Of a stretch of 64,000 nt of DNA, positions 1 to 9,490 are shown in pieces. Position numbers and translations under genes: made by a program. The DNA is from Desulfomonilia bacterium (GTDB lineage: Bacteria; Desulfobacterota; Desulfomonilia; UBA1062), in contig JBEKDT010000006.1 in NCBI GenBank assembly GCA_050014195.1, positions 64,001 to 128,000 of the forward strand. Direction: 5' to 3'. Position 1 is the first letter of the stretch, and each line of letters starts with the position of its first letter. The notes beneath the pieces were generated by a model that made no database searches, was not told the origin of the DNA, and was given only the letters and a program-made list of their open reading frames with translations.

Positions 1-31
1 CTGCGTTCAGTTGAAATGGCATATCCCCTCC

Positions 32-595
32 TTAGGGTACATAGATGACGACCAGGAGCTCGGCCTTTTCTTTTGTAGGGTTGCTGAGCTTGTGGTGTAG
101 GGAGGAATTGAAGTGGATGCTCCCGCCCTTCTTCAGAGAGGTAATGTTCTGGCCGACCTGTATGGTCAGGCCCCCATCCAATACATAGACGAATTCTTCT
201 CCCTCGTGGTGGTATTCGACGCCTTTATGCTCGGTTACCGGGTCTATGGTGACGCGGTAAGCCCGCAGGTGTTTTTCCTCACCCGGCTGGGTCAACGGTG
301 CATATGCGTAGGAGGCGACCCTCTTTTTGTGGCTCTTTGTGCGCCTCTTGGAGGCCTCCTTATCCTGGGTGCCCTGGAGCTGCTCGATGTCGACCTTGAA
401 GGTGCGTCCGAGCTGAAGCACGAGGGCGACAGGCGGGGCTACTTTCCCTTCCTCCACCTCTTCTAAGAGTGTGATTGCATAGCCCGTGTCTTTTGAAAGG
501 GCTTCAAGACTGAGCCCTTTCTCCTCCCTCAGGCTGCGGATTCTCTTACCGAACGATTCTTCCTGCTTTTTGCTCACATATCCCCCCATTTTCAT
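32..595 (-). CDS. XRE-family HTH transcriptional regulator with C-terminal cupin domain
   Basis: N-terminal HTH (GKRIRSLREEKGLSLEALS); cupin motifs HHEGEEFVYVLDG and HFNSSLHH. Confidence 0.9.
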   Translation of the reverse strand: MKMGGYVSKKQEESFGKRIRSLREEKGLSLEALSKDTGYAITLLEEVEEGKVAPPVALVLQLGRTFKVDIEQLQGTQDKEASKRRTKSHKKRVASYAYAPLTQPGEEKHLRAYRVTIDPVTEHKGVEYHHEGEEFVYVLDGGLTIQVGQNITSLKKGGSIHFNSSLHHKLSNPTKEKAELLVVIYVP

Positions 596-777
596 GCAGT
601 GTCGTCATGCAGCATGATCATTATTTCTAAAACAATTCCCATGATACCATAAAAACATGGCTCAGGGACAGCAGTTATGAGCTGTCTTAAATAATATGGT
701 ATTACAGAACTGCAGATCATGGGTCGATCTATTGATGGTATGTTGAAAAACACCTTGCACACGCCTATCCTTACTCT

Positions 778-1158
778 ATGATGAGTATATATACCTATCG
801 GGTGCTTGCCGATGCCGTTGTGTATTTACACCTTGCATTCATCCTCTTTGTGATCCTTGGCGGCATCTTTGTCATTTTCCGGCCCAAGATCCTCTGGCTG
901 CATATCCCGTGTGTCATCTGGGGTATGGTGATTGAGCTGGCCGGATTCATCTGCCCCCTCACTCCGCTTGAGAATTATCTGAGAGTACAGGCAAGGCAGA
1001 CCCCCTATTCGGGCGACTTTGTCATCCACTATATTGAGCCCGTCATTTATCCCGAAGGCCTCACCAGGGAGTTGCAGATTGTGTTTGGACTCATGGTGGT
1101 TATGGTAAACGCCCTTATATACGGCTCTTTGTTTCTGAGGAAGAAACGGCACGGGTAA
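778..1158 (+). CDS. DUF2784-like membrane protein
   Basis: LADAVVYLHLAFILF, ICPLTPLEN and FVIHYIEPVIYP motifs; hydrophobic segments. Confidence 0.85.
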   Translation: MMSIYTYRVLADAVVYLHLAFILFVILGGIFVIFRPKILWLHIPCVIWGMVIELAGFICPLTPLENYLRVQARQTPYSGDFVIHYIEPVIYPEGLTRELQIVFGLMVVMVNALIYGSLFLRKKRHG

Positions 1159-1183
1159 GAGAAGTTTTTAGGTGCGGAGGGTT

Positions 1184-1282
1184 TCACTTAACCCGTTTCT
1201 GAATGATGGTATCGCCCTGCTCGATGATCTGGATGCTGCGTTTTTTCGGTATGGCCTTTATGGTGAGGTCCTGTGTCTGGCC
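1184..1282 (-). pseudogene. possible 3' remnant of a lost gene
   Basis: 33 codons with C-ending codon usage (GQTQDLTIKAIPKKRSIQIIEQGDTIIQKRVK*); no start codon before an upstream in-frame stop. Confidence 0.3.
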
Positions 1283-1413
1283 GGGACTAAAGGGACTAAA
1301 TGACCCTCAGACAATGAGCAACCCTTCTCCTTGCAAGTGATACACGCAGCAATAAACGTTTTTAGGATTATTGGTTAAGAATTGAGAAGGGTAGCTGCGT
1401 TCTATTCACCCTT

Positions 1414-2193
1414 TTAAATGTGCTGATAAGGCAAACCCATAAGAAAATCATGGATCGCTCTATTTACTTCTCTAGGCTTTTCCATCGGTGAAACATGCCC
1501 GGAGTCTTCGATATTCATCTTGCATGCGCCTTTGATATTTTCAGCAAGGTATGCGCCGTATTTTGGCGGGGTGAGGATGTCGTCGCTTGCAGTAAGTACG
1601 AGGACAGGGATATTAATTGAGCTCAGCTGGCCCATGACATCAAAGGCATTGCACGCGCGGAAATCACCAAGCGCGACATCGGCCGTGCTCTGCATACATG
1701 CTGAGATCTTTCCCTTCAGCTCTTCTGAATTGTTTTTCTGAGAGACTAAGAATGTACAAGTTAGTTCCAAATATTCTGCATAACTCTTTTGAATGGTCTC
1801 AAAAATCACGGGCAGGACCTTGAGCCGTGCGCCGGTATTTATCAATACCCATGCAGGGAACACTTTGGGATGATTGATAAGAAGATGCTGTGTGATGGCA
1901 CCCCCCATGCTAAGCCCGCAGGGTATGGGCCTGGGAATCTGCGCCGAGTCAATGAACCTAAGAACAGACTCGGCATAATCCGAGATGTTTTCTCTTCCCT
2001 TTCCTTGGCTGGTGCCATGGCCGGGGAGATCGATGGCAACGGTATTCATATATGGTGAAAGTGCTTCAACCTGTGCCTCCCAGATGAGGCAGGATGTCCC
2101 TGCACCATGAATAAAGACCAGGGTAGGCTTGTCCAGATCAAGCGGCCACTTTCCCGTGATGTACCCAATCTCTCCTGCGCAGTGGTGTTCCAT
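1414..2193 (-). CDS. alpha/beta hydrolase
   Basis: FIHGAG, DLPGHG, GLSMGG nucleophile elbow, catalytic GH; start moved to ATG 2193 after a CAGGAG RBS. Confidence 0.88.
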   Translation of the reverse strand: MEHHCAGEIGYITGKWPLDLDKPTLVFIHGAGTSCLIWEAQVEALSPYMNTVAIDLPGHGTSQGKGRENISDYAESVLRFIDSAQIPRPIPCGLSMGGAITQHLLINHPKVFPAWVLINTGARLKVLPVIFETIQKSYAEYLELTCTFLVSQKNNSEELKGKISACMQSTADVALGDFRACNAFDVMGQLSSINIPVLVLTASDDILTPPKYGAYLAENIKGACKMNIEDSGHVSPMEKPREVNRAIHDFLMGLPYQHI

Positions 2194-2298
2194 AAATCTC
2201 CTGAGGCTGTTCGACGATATCATAAAAAATGAGCGAAACAAACAGAGACCGAACTGCCTCTGAACTCCAGACAATAGTGTTTATGCCTTAGTCACCTG

Positions 2299-3087
2299 TT
2301 ATCCGATTCTCAAACAACGCATGCTCAAGGAGGTGAAAACCTCCTCATAGGTAAAGACAATCTCCTCATCGGGATCACTCAGGGCAAGGCTGTACAAGAG
2401 GGGAACATAATGATCCACCGTGGGAACTGAAAGTGTTGCGGATTTCCCAATTTTTTCGTAATGGATTAGGCTGTCAAAATCCCTTTTGATTATGCTCTCC
2501 TTTACCCGCTCATCAAATTCAATGGCCCAGTCAAAGGGGGCATTGTCACTTCTGGAAAATACCAACCGAAGATTGTGCACGATGTTACCGCTTCCAATGA
2601 TGAGCACACCTTGTTTTCTAAGGGGCTTGAGATTCTGAGCCAGGGCAAAGTGGTAGTGCATGGGCTTATAGTAATCGATGCTTAATTGGAATACCGGGAT
2701 GTCGGCCTTTGGGAAGAGATGTTTCAGTATTGCCCAAGCCCCATGGTCCAAGCCCCATGTATTGTCTGTCTTAACATCAGGGATCAGTGTCTTTACTTCT
2801 TGGGCATATTCCGGTGCGCCGGGGGCAGGATACTTCACATGATACAATTCCTCCGGGAAGCCAGAAAAATCGTATAGTGTATCAGGTTTTGAGGTCGTGC
2901 TGACATAAGAGCCCCCTGTCAACCAGTGGGCTGATACAACAAGGATGGCGCCGGGCTTTTCTGCTAAAGACGTTCCCATGACTGAAAGGCTTTGGGTGAA
3001 AGGGTTAGTTAGGATGGCATTTGTCGGGATGCCGTGGCCGATGAAGAATACGGGCATCCTTGGTTGAGTTAGCGGTATAGCCTTCAT
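2299..3087 (-). CDS. ygiD: LigB-family extradiol dioxygenase (4,5-DOPA dioxygenase, YgiD-like)
   Basis: FIGHG, SAHW, YDFSGFP, GLDHGAW, GSGNIVHNL, PTVDHYVPL motifs. Confidence 0.9.
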   Translation of the reverse strand: MKAIPLTQPRMPVFFIGHGIPTNAILTNPFTQSLSVMGTSLAEKPGAILVVSAHWLTGGSYVSTTSKPDTLYDFSGFPEELYHVKYPAPGAPEYAQEVKTLIPDVKTDNTWGLDHGAWAILKHLFPKADIPVFQLSIDYYKPMHYHFALAQNLKPLRKQGVLIIGSGNIVHNLRLVFSRSDNAPFDWAIEFDERVKESIIKRDFDSLIHYEKIGKSATLSVPTVDHYVPLLYSLALSDPDEEIVFTYEEVFTSLSMRCLRIG

Positions 3088-3112
3088 GCTGATCCTTCTT
3101 TCCCTTCAACAC

Positions 3113-3904
3113 TTAATCCATGCGTTTTATGAATCCCACAAAAGCTTTGTTGAATGCTCCTGATTGTTCTATATTGACAAAATGGGCTGCATGAGGAATG
3201 GCTCTCAATTCCGAAGAAGTTATTCCGCCCCGGATAGATTCAGCAACAGACACAGGGGTACCGAGATCTTGCTCACCAACCAGCACCAGTACGCGCTGCT
3301 TAATAGCACCAAGGCAGTCCCGCAGATCCATATCACGGATCGCCGCGCAGCAGGCGCAATATCCCTCCACAGGCGTATTCAAGATCACCCGGCGTATCTT
3401 TTCGATCTCATTTGGCAGGCGCTTCCGACCTGCCTTGGTGAACCAACGGTCTATGGTGGCATCAACAACCGCTGCCATGCCCTTCTTCCTCACGAGATCG
3501 ATCCGCTCATCCCAGATTTCGCGCGGAGAAATGTGGGCCGCTGTGGAACTGAGTGTCAGCGAGATCAACCTGTCGCCATGCCTGGCGCCCAGCATCTGGC
3601 CGACCATGCCGCCCATGGAAAGGCCGCAGAAGTGGACCTTCTCCAGACCGAGCAGATCCATCAACCCTACGGCGTCGGCTGAGAGCAGTTCCATGGAGTA
3701 CGGACCTGCGGGTACTGCTGAGAGGCCATGGCCCCGGCCGTCATACCGGAGCACCCTGAACCCTCCCTGGATGAGTGCGGGAACCTGGCTGTCCCACATG
3801 GTGATATCGGCGGCAAGGGAGTTGGAGAGCATCACGACTACTCCCTGCTCGGGTCCGTCAACCCGGTAGTTGAGGGTCGTTGCATTCAGGTCGGCTCGGG
3901 GCAT
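3113..3904 (-). CDS. pcaD: 3-oxoadipate enol-lactonase
   Basis: SNSL, RYDGRGHG, GLSMGGM, RWFT, GYCACCAAI motifs typical of PcaD/CatD. Confidence 0.85.
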   Translation of the reverse strand: MPRADLNATTLNYRVDGPEQGVVVMLSNSLAADITMWDSQVPALIQGGFRVLRYDGRGHGLSAVPAGPYSMELLSADAVGLMDLLGLEKVHFCGLSMGGMVGQMLGARHGDRLISLTLSSTAAHISPREIWDERIDLVRKKGMAAVVDATIDRWFTKAGRKRLPNEIEKIRRVILNTPVEGYCACCAAIRDMDLRDCLGAIKQRVLVLVGEQDLGTPVSVAESIRGGITSSELRAIPHAAHFVNIEQSGAFNKAFVGFIKRMD

Positions 3905-4052
3905 GCGCTCCTTGATCCTTTATTCGTGTTTTTAAAATAGTGCCGCTAGTATTACATGAAGTGCACGGCATGACCCAGGTAAAAGAAAAATGCGATCGCC
4001 ACTAGGTGAAGGAGCCACCAGTTCATGGTAAACAGTCTGAATTTATTCATGG

Positions 4053-4550
4053 TTACCTCCAAAGCAGGTTGCCGAGGGTATACACAATGCTTAAGCCCAC
4101 CAGATGGACAAGCCACCATCCCATGTTGGGGTAACGGTATGTTACGCCGGCCTTGGGCTTTTTCGGATCATAGCCGAAGGTCTCCAGATCAAAGAGTGCT
4201 TTCCCGATAAAAAAGATCGTCCACAAAATGAGTATGTCAGGCAGTGTTGTCTCCAGGATGATTGACGCAAACGTGGTCTGGGCAGGCCAATGAGCAATTG
4301 AGAAGTGAGCCATGAGAATCGTGCCGATAATGGCCAACATGCCGTTTAAAACATAACCGTAAGAAAGAGTCTTCTTGAAGGAAAAAAGCAGGGGCACCAC
4401 AATGATGCTCAGGACGCCCGTAATGTACCCGACAACAATAGAAGGAATCTTTACAATCGGGTGAATTCGTATATGGAGCAATAATCCCCCAAGGGCCAGG
4501 GTGATAATGGCAATGAGTAAGAGTGACTTGACATAGGTTTTATTTGACAT
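4053..4550 (-). CDS. hypothetical integral membrane protein with several His residues
   Basis: about 5 hydrophobic segments; GGAGG RBS before ATG 4550. Confidence 0.7.
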   Translation of the reverse strand: MSNKTYVKSLLLIAIITLALGGLLLHIRIHPIVKIPSIVVGYITGVLSIIVVPLLFSFKKTLSYGYVLNGMLAIIGTILMAHFSIAHWPAQTTFASIILETTLPDILILWTIFFIGKALFDLETFGYDPKKPKAGVTYRYPNMGWWLVHLVGLSIVYTLGNLLWR

Positions 4551-4772
4551 AGTTCCTCCTTCAAGCAAATTTTCATCTTGGGTTGAGGAATATTTTACCC
4601 AACAGCACCTTATATATATTTACCACCATGCCCACGGGCAAGTAGCGGGCTTTGCTGAGACCATCGGGGGTATATGATACCAGTCCGGCTGAAATACTTA
4701 AAATTTCATCCATCCCTTTTTTGTTTGCTATTCGACCGGTATCCTATAATCACGTGAACAAGATTCCAGGAG

Positions 4773-5363
4773 GTGCCATTCATGGCAAAAGATATCTTCA
4801 GCGATGATAATCCGAATTCCTCCTCTGCCCATATGGTCAACCCGGACTTAAGCCCCCAAGAGCTGGTGATGATTGTGGATGAGCATAACGTCGCAATCGG
4901 CAGCTCACCGAGGTCTCTCATGCGGAAAGAAGGGCTTATTCACCGAGCGACATACACCCTGGTCTTCAACTCCGGCGGGCAACTCTTCGTGCAGGACCGC
5001 ACCATGACCAAGGACATTTTCCCGGGTTATCACGATCTCTGTGCCGGGGGCGTGGTGCTTGCCAATGAGGAATATGAGGAATCGGCAAGACGTGAGCTCG
5101 AAGAGGAACTTGGGATTACCGGTGTGCCCTTGAAGTTTCTCTTCGATTTTTATGGTGAATATGCAGGGCAGAAGGTCTGGGGCAGGGTATTCTCATGTAT
5201 TTCTGACGGGCCGTTCATCCTCCAAACTGAAGAGCTTGCCGGCGGGGCATTCCATGAAATCGACGAGGTAAAAGAATTGATAAGTAAGGAGCCCTGCACG
5301 CCTGACAGTGTGTATGTACTTGAACGCTATCTCACTATGCCCGGATCTTTTCATGGGGGATGA
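4773..5363 (+). CDS. NUDIX hydrolase, YfcD-like
   Basis: HRATY, GGVV...ESARRELEEELG Nudix box, C-terminal TPDS. Confidence 0.88.
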   Translation: MPFMAKDIFSDDNPNSSSAHMVNPDLSPQELVMIVDEHNVAIGSSPRSLMRKEGLIHRATYTLVFNSGGQLFVQDRTMTKDIFPGYHDLCAGGVVLANEEYEESARRELEEELGITGVPLKFLFDFYGEYAGQKVWGRVFSCISDGPFILQTEELAGGAFHEIDEVKELISKEPCTPDSVYVLERYLTMPGSFHGG

Positions 5364-5376
5364 CCCAATATTTTTA

Positions 5377-5405
5377 TTGACAATGGTTTGATGTCAAACT
5401 ATAAT
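5377..5405 (+). promoter_or_regulatory. sigma70 promoter with an operator palindrome in the spacer
   Basis: exact TTGACA-17bp-TATAAT; GTTTGATGTCAAAC (5386-5399) in the spacer. Confidence 0.9.
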
Positions 5406-5411
5406 TGACTC

Positions 5412-5834
5412 GTGAAGAAAGAGCTGGTCATCCTCCAGATCGGCAGGATCCGGGACAAGGCGAACAGCTTTCTGACCAGGGAGCTTGCCAGGCGCAAGCT
5501 GAAGGGCATCGCGCCGTCCCATGGGGATATCCTCTGGGCGCTGTTCACCTATGGCGATCTTCCCATGAAAAAGCTTTCAGAGATCATCAACAGGGATAAA
5601 TCCACAATCACGGCCCTGGTGAATAAGCTCATCAACTCCGGGTATTTACTGAGAAGAACGCATGAATCAGACAGCCGAAGCAGTATTATCTCTCTGACGG
5701 AAAAGGGCAGGGCCATGCAGAAGAATTTCTGGGATGTATCCGAGGCCCTGAGGAAGAAGGCATACCAGGGATTGACGGATGAGGAGATGGAGACCCTCAT
5801 GCGACTGCTGACCAGGATACATGACAACTTCTAA
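5412..5834 (+). CDS. MarR-family transcriptional regulator
   Basis: DKSTITALVNKL...DSRSSIISLTEKG winged-helix motif. Confidence 0.92.
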   Translation: MKKELVILQIGRIRDKANSFLTRELARRKLKGIAPSHGDILWALFTYGDLPMKKLSEIINRDKSTITALVNKLINSGYLLRRTHESDSRSSIISLTEKGRAMQKNFWDVSEALRKKAYQGLTDEEMETLMRLLTRIHDNF

Positions 5835-5849
5835 AAAAATTTTCTGCAA

Positions 5850-5869
5850 ATTGTTTGATATCAAACAAT
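5850..5869. promoter_or_regulatory. second MarR-type operator
   Basis: perfect 20-bp palindrome ATTGTTTGATATCAAACAAT matching the site in the marR promoter. Confidence 0.85.
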
Positions 5870-5890
5870 ATTATGTAAGAAGGAGTCAAT

Positions 5891-6856
5891 ATGGAATTTA
5901 ATGAAGCAGAGCCGGTGGCTTTTCGGAAAGAACCCGGTAATGGAGCATCCAAGGGTTTTGTTCAGATGAATTTTTCTCGAAAACCCAATACCTTTTCCCT
6001 TTATCTCAAGGGGATCTTCGCCAGGCACCAGGGATTGAGGCCCGGTGAGAAGCTGCCTGCAATGAAGGCACATTGGCGGGATTTTCGAATAGACCCGGTC
6101 CATCTAAAAAAGGTAAGCGCCCTGTGCAGTCTGTATCCGGGCAAGACAATGCCGCTGATATATCCCCTGACAGTCCTGTTTCCCCTGCACATGAGCACGA
6201 TCGCACGAGGGGAGTTTCCCCTGCTTTACCTCAGGATGCTCCATGTGAGAGACCACCTCCTCCAGCACCGCCCTGTAGATGTCGGTGAAAAGATGGAAAT
6301 ATCATGCATGATTACCGGGCAGCGTGTCATTCCCAAAGGGTCGGAGTTCGACATCCATTCGATCATGAGCTCTTCAGGCGAGCCGGTATGGGAGGGCATC
6401 AGCACCAATTTTTTCCCCGGATCGTTCGGAGAGCCCGGTCAGTCCTCTCCCCTTGCGCAGTTCGACCCTATGCCGGACCAGTGCAGCACAGTCCGATGGA
6501 TGATGCCTGAAGGGAAGGGGTTCAGGTTCGGTCTTCTTACAGGGGATTACAACGGCATCCATTACCTTGCACCCTATGCCAGGATGCTCGGGTTCAAACG
6601 TGACTTCATGCATGCCCAGCGGTCATTGGCTGAATGCCTGCGCGCCTTGCCGCCAGTGGAGGGGGATAATCCTATGCGCCTCGATGTCGCATTTAAGGGG
6701 CCGGTATACTATGGGACCAGTGCGCTCATGAAGTATACCGCCATCAAAGGCGGATTCCGTTTTGATCTCCACACCGACGATGATGAAAGGCCCTGTGTCA
6801 CGGGGAATGTCTTTAAGCCACAGAACGGCGTAAATCTCACAAAAAGTCCAGCATGA
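5891..6856 (+). CDS. MaoC-like double hotdog dehydratase family protein
   Basis: LTGDYNGIH...ARMLGFKRDFMH hydratase-2-like motif; FKGPVY. Confidence 0.8.
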   Translation: MEFNEAEPVAFRKEPGNGASKGFVQMNFSRKPNTFSLYLKGIFARHQGLRPGEKLPAMKAHWRDFRIDPVHLKKVSALCSLYPGKTMPLIYPLTVLFPLHMSTIARGEFPLLYLRMLHVRDHLLQHRPVDVGEKMEISCMITGQRVIPKGSEFDIHSIMSSSGEPVWEGISTNFFPGSFGEPGQSSPLAQFDPMPDQCSTVRWMMPEGKGFRFGLLTGDYNGIHYLAPYARMLGFKRDFMHAQRSLAECLRALPPVEGDNPMRLDVAFKGPVYYGTSALMKYTAIKGGFRFDLHTDDDERPCVTGNVFKPQNGVNLTKSPA

Positions 6857-6872
6857 AAAGAACACATTCAGG

Positions 6873-7433
6873 ATGAGAAGCAAGGAGGTGCACTTGAGGA
6901 CACTCGAACAAATTGGAATTACTGATTTGAAAGAACATCTCATCAAGAATTGGATGACCCACGACGGCATGTGGTTCTATCACTGTCTTAAGTCGTTCGG
7001 TATCGAGGAGGCCAACCGGCTGAACAAGGCAGCCATCAAATCCCTGGCAGCCATAGAATTCAAAAGGGCCATGCAGCTCTTCGGAATAAACCGCATAGAT
7101 ACCTTGGAAGACCTGAAAAACGCCATCGATGCAACTTTCAGTGTGAGCAAAGGCGACTTTATGAATTTCACGTATACCTTCCCGGAAAATGATCTGTTCC
7201 ACTGGGAGTGGCTCGACAGCAACTGCTTCGCCTTTCAGGGCATGAAGCGGATGGGGGCTGTCGAACATTATGAATGCGGGGTGATCTATCGCGTTCTGTG
7301 CTGGCTGGAAAATGCAGGTATCAAATATGCCCTCTCCCCGGAATTCAACGGGTGTCTCATGCACACGAAAGGAAAGTGTTCCGGCAATGTCAGGCTGTTG
7401 TTTCCAGGGCAGAACCGAAACCAACATGCATGA
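6873..7433 (+). CDS. DUF6125-like protein with Cys residues
   Basis: NWMTHDGMWF motif; several Cys in the C-terminal half. Confidence 0.65.
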   Translation: MRSKEVHLRTLEQIGITDLKEHLIKNWMTHDGMWFYHCLKSFGIEEANRLNKAAIKSLAAIEFKRAMQLFGINRIDTLEDLKNAIDATFSVSKGDFMNFTYTFPENDLFHWEWLDSNCFAFQGMKRMGAVEHYECGVIYRVLCWLENAGIKYALSPEFNGCLMHTKGKCSGNVRLLFPGQNRNQHA

Positions 7434-7459
7434 CTTGGATTAAAAACAAAGGAGGCAGT

Positions 7460-7891
7460 ATGAAAATTGATGAAGGGACACACAAGGCTATTCAGGGGCA
7501 TCTTGGCTACACGGATGAAGAGATGGCGTTATTCATGGAGAATCCCCGCAATCTGGATGTCATGTCCAAGGCCCCGGCCTTGATGGGCAAGACCATTGTC
7601 ATTGAGGTGGTGGAGGCGAGCGGGTGTAACTCTCAGCACAAGGCAGGCGATAAATTTATCTTCGATGGTGCAGGGAACCTCATCACCAAGCTCAACCCGG
7701 GGAAAATCTGCTGTTTCGCATTAGGCCAGATCCCGGGTCTTATCTTTGCCGCCAATGAGCTCCTCTATGCAGGGGTCGATCCGAACGAGATGCGCTTCAA
7801 GAGGACAGGGTGTTTCGATACCGGAGTGAAGTGCGGCGGCTGGGGCCACATCGTGATGGAGATCAGGGTGGAAGACCGCAAGAAGATATAA
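7460..7891 (+). CDS. TIGR04076-like Cys-rich protein
   Basis: GGAGG RBS then ATG 7460; GCNSQHKAGDKF, ICCFAL, GCFDTGVKCGGWG. Confidence 0.65.
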   Translation: MKIDEGTHKAIQGHLGYTDEEMALFMENPRNLDVMSKAPALMGKTIVIEVVEASGCNSQHKAGDKFIFDGAGNLITKLNPGKICCFALGQIPGLIFAANELLYAGVDPNEMRFKRTGCFDTGVKCGGWGHIVMEIRVEDRKKI

Positions 7892-7972
7892 TCATAAGGA
7901 GACATTCATGGAGATTATGATGAAATGAACAAGGCTGTACCAGCCTGACTGACACAAAGAACAGGAGGATAA

Positions 7973-8383
7973 TTGAGTATGATGATGACAAAAGAACAGG
8001 CCAGGGAATTTGCTTCAAGGTGGCTGCCTGCCTGGACCGGCAACAATCCGGAAAGACTTGCAGCCTTTTATTCCCATGATGTGGCATACCTCGACCCGAC
8101 CGTCCCTCAGGGTCTGAAGGGCAACGATTCATTGCTGAAATACTTCCGTAAGTTGCTTGCCCTCAACCCGGACTGGGTCTGGACACAGATCGAACCCATT
8201 CCAATGGAAGATGGCTTTTTGAATAAGTGGCATGCACAAATCCCTGTCGGCACAAAGACAATAGAATGTATCGGCGTGTGTTTCGTGCAGTTCGACAAAA
8301 AGGGACTGATCCGGCGCAACGAGGTTTACTTTGATTGTACAAGGTTGAATGAGGAGATAAATAAATTAAGGCAATCTACCTAG
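7973..8383 (+). CDS. NTF2/SnoaL-like protein
   Basis: WLPAWT, FYSHDVAYLDP, IRRNEVYFD; real start may be one of the next ATGs. Confidence 0.85.
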   Translation: MSMMMTKEQAREFASRWLPAWTGNNPERLAAFYSHDVAYLDPTVPQGLKGNDSLLKYFRKLLALNPDWVWTQIEPIPMEDGFLNKWHAQIPVGTKTIECIGVCFVQFDKKGLIRRNEVYFDCTRLNEEINKLRQST

Positions 8384-8418
8384 TTGACGTCCATTGGGAG
8401 GAACAGACGGTTCTTGGC

Positions 8419-8649
8419 TCATTTGACCGACCAGGTCTTGATGATGAATGCAACAAGCCAGAACACGGGTATGAGGCCGAGGGCGATGATAATGGCGGTA
8501 TAGTCCACCTCGATACCCAGCCTTGCGAAGTAATGAACCAAGCCTTGGTTGGTGCGGGCGCTGTGGGAAGCATAGATTACGATGGAGACTGCGGCAATGA
8601 TGGCCCCTGAGATCAGAGAGAGGGTGGTTATGTTCGGCATGTTCTTCAT
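8419..8649 (-). CDS. small hypothetical membrane protein
   Basis: two hydrophobic helices. Confidence 0.55.
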   Translation of the reverse strand: MKNMPNITTLSLISGAIIAAVSIVIYASHSARTNQGLVHYFARLGIEVDYTAIIIALGLIPVFWLVAFIIKTWSVK

Positions 8650-8875
8650 GACTGGTATACTATAATGAGGTCGTTTCCCCGGTTATGCAAGAAGGATCTT
8701 GCAATCCGGACAGATCAAATTCCTGGAATATCTTATATGAATATTTCGAACCTTGTTTTCTCTTCCTTGGCAAATATTACTATGTAGCCTGATGAAGGGA
8801 ACGAAGGCCTTGTGAATCTCCAACACCGAGACAGATTATTTATTGCGGGCTAAATATTTTTTTAGGAGGCGATAT

Positions 8876-9364
8876 ATGGTTACAAGAAACACTCCGGTCG
8901 ACATGGGGAAACGGTTGTTGTTCGGCTTTATCGCAGGATTTTTTGCCACCCTTGTTTTTCACCAGCTGACACTGGCTGTGCTCTGGATTGTGGGCTTGGC
9001 GCCATTTAAGCCTTTCTCGATGACAGCGACCCAGCCCTTCGGGATACCCGCAGTATTTTCCCTCGCATTCTGGGGTGGCATTTGGGGCATATTGTTCGCA
9101 TTGATAGAGGGCGGCTTTCCGCGTCGCGGCTATTGGTGGTGGGCCTTTCTGTTCGGCGCCATCCTCCCTTCCCTGGTTGCCCTTATGGTGGTGCTTCCCC
9201 TCAAGGGTATACCCATGGGGGGCGGCTGGCATATGTCTTTGTTACTGACGGCATTCCTGATTAACGGTGCCTGGGGCATCGGCACGGGGCTGATCCTCAA
9301 GGGGTTGTTGGGCAGGTTCAGCACCTCACAGGATGCAGGCAGTTTAATGCATAAAAGTGCCTGA
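8876..9364 (+). CDS. hypothetical membrane protein
   Basis: AGGAGG RBS, ATG 8876; about 4 TM segments. Confidence 0.8.
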   Translation: MVTRNTPVDMGKRLLFGFIAGFFATLVFHQLTLAVLWIVGLAPFKPFSMTATQPFGIPAVFSLAFWGGIWGILFALIEGGFPRRGYWWWAFLFGAILPSLVALMVVLPLKGIPMGGGWHMSLLLTAFLINGAWGIGTGLILKGLLGRFSTSQDAGSLMHKSA

Positions 9365-9435
9365 GAGCTGTTACGGGTGAGTCGGGAGGGTTTTATTGCG
9401 CCATATATGGATCTTGATGGACTTAAGCATTTTTT

Positions 9436-9464
9436 TTGACAGGTGCATATATCTCTCATATAGT
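9436..9464 (+). promoter_or_regulatory. sigma70 promoter
   Basis: TTGACA-17bp-TATAGT upstream of 9491. Confidence 0.7.
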
Positions 9465-9490
9465 TCGGTGGCCGATACATCTTAAAATCC

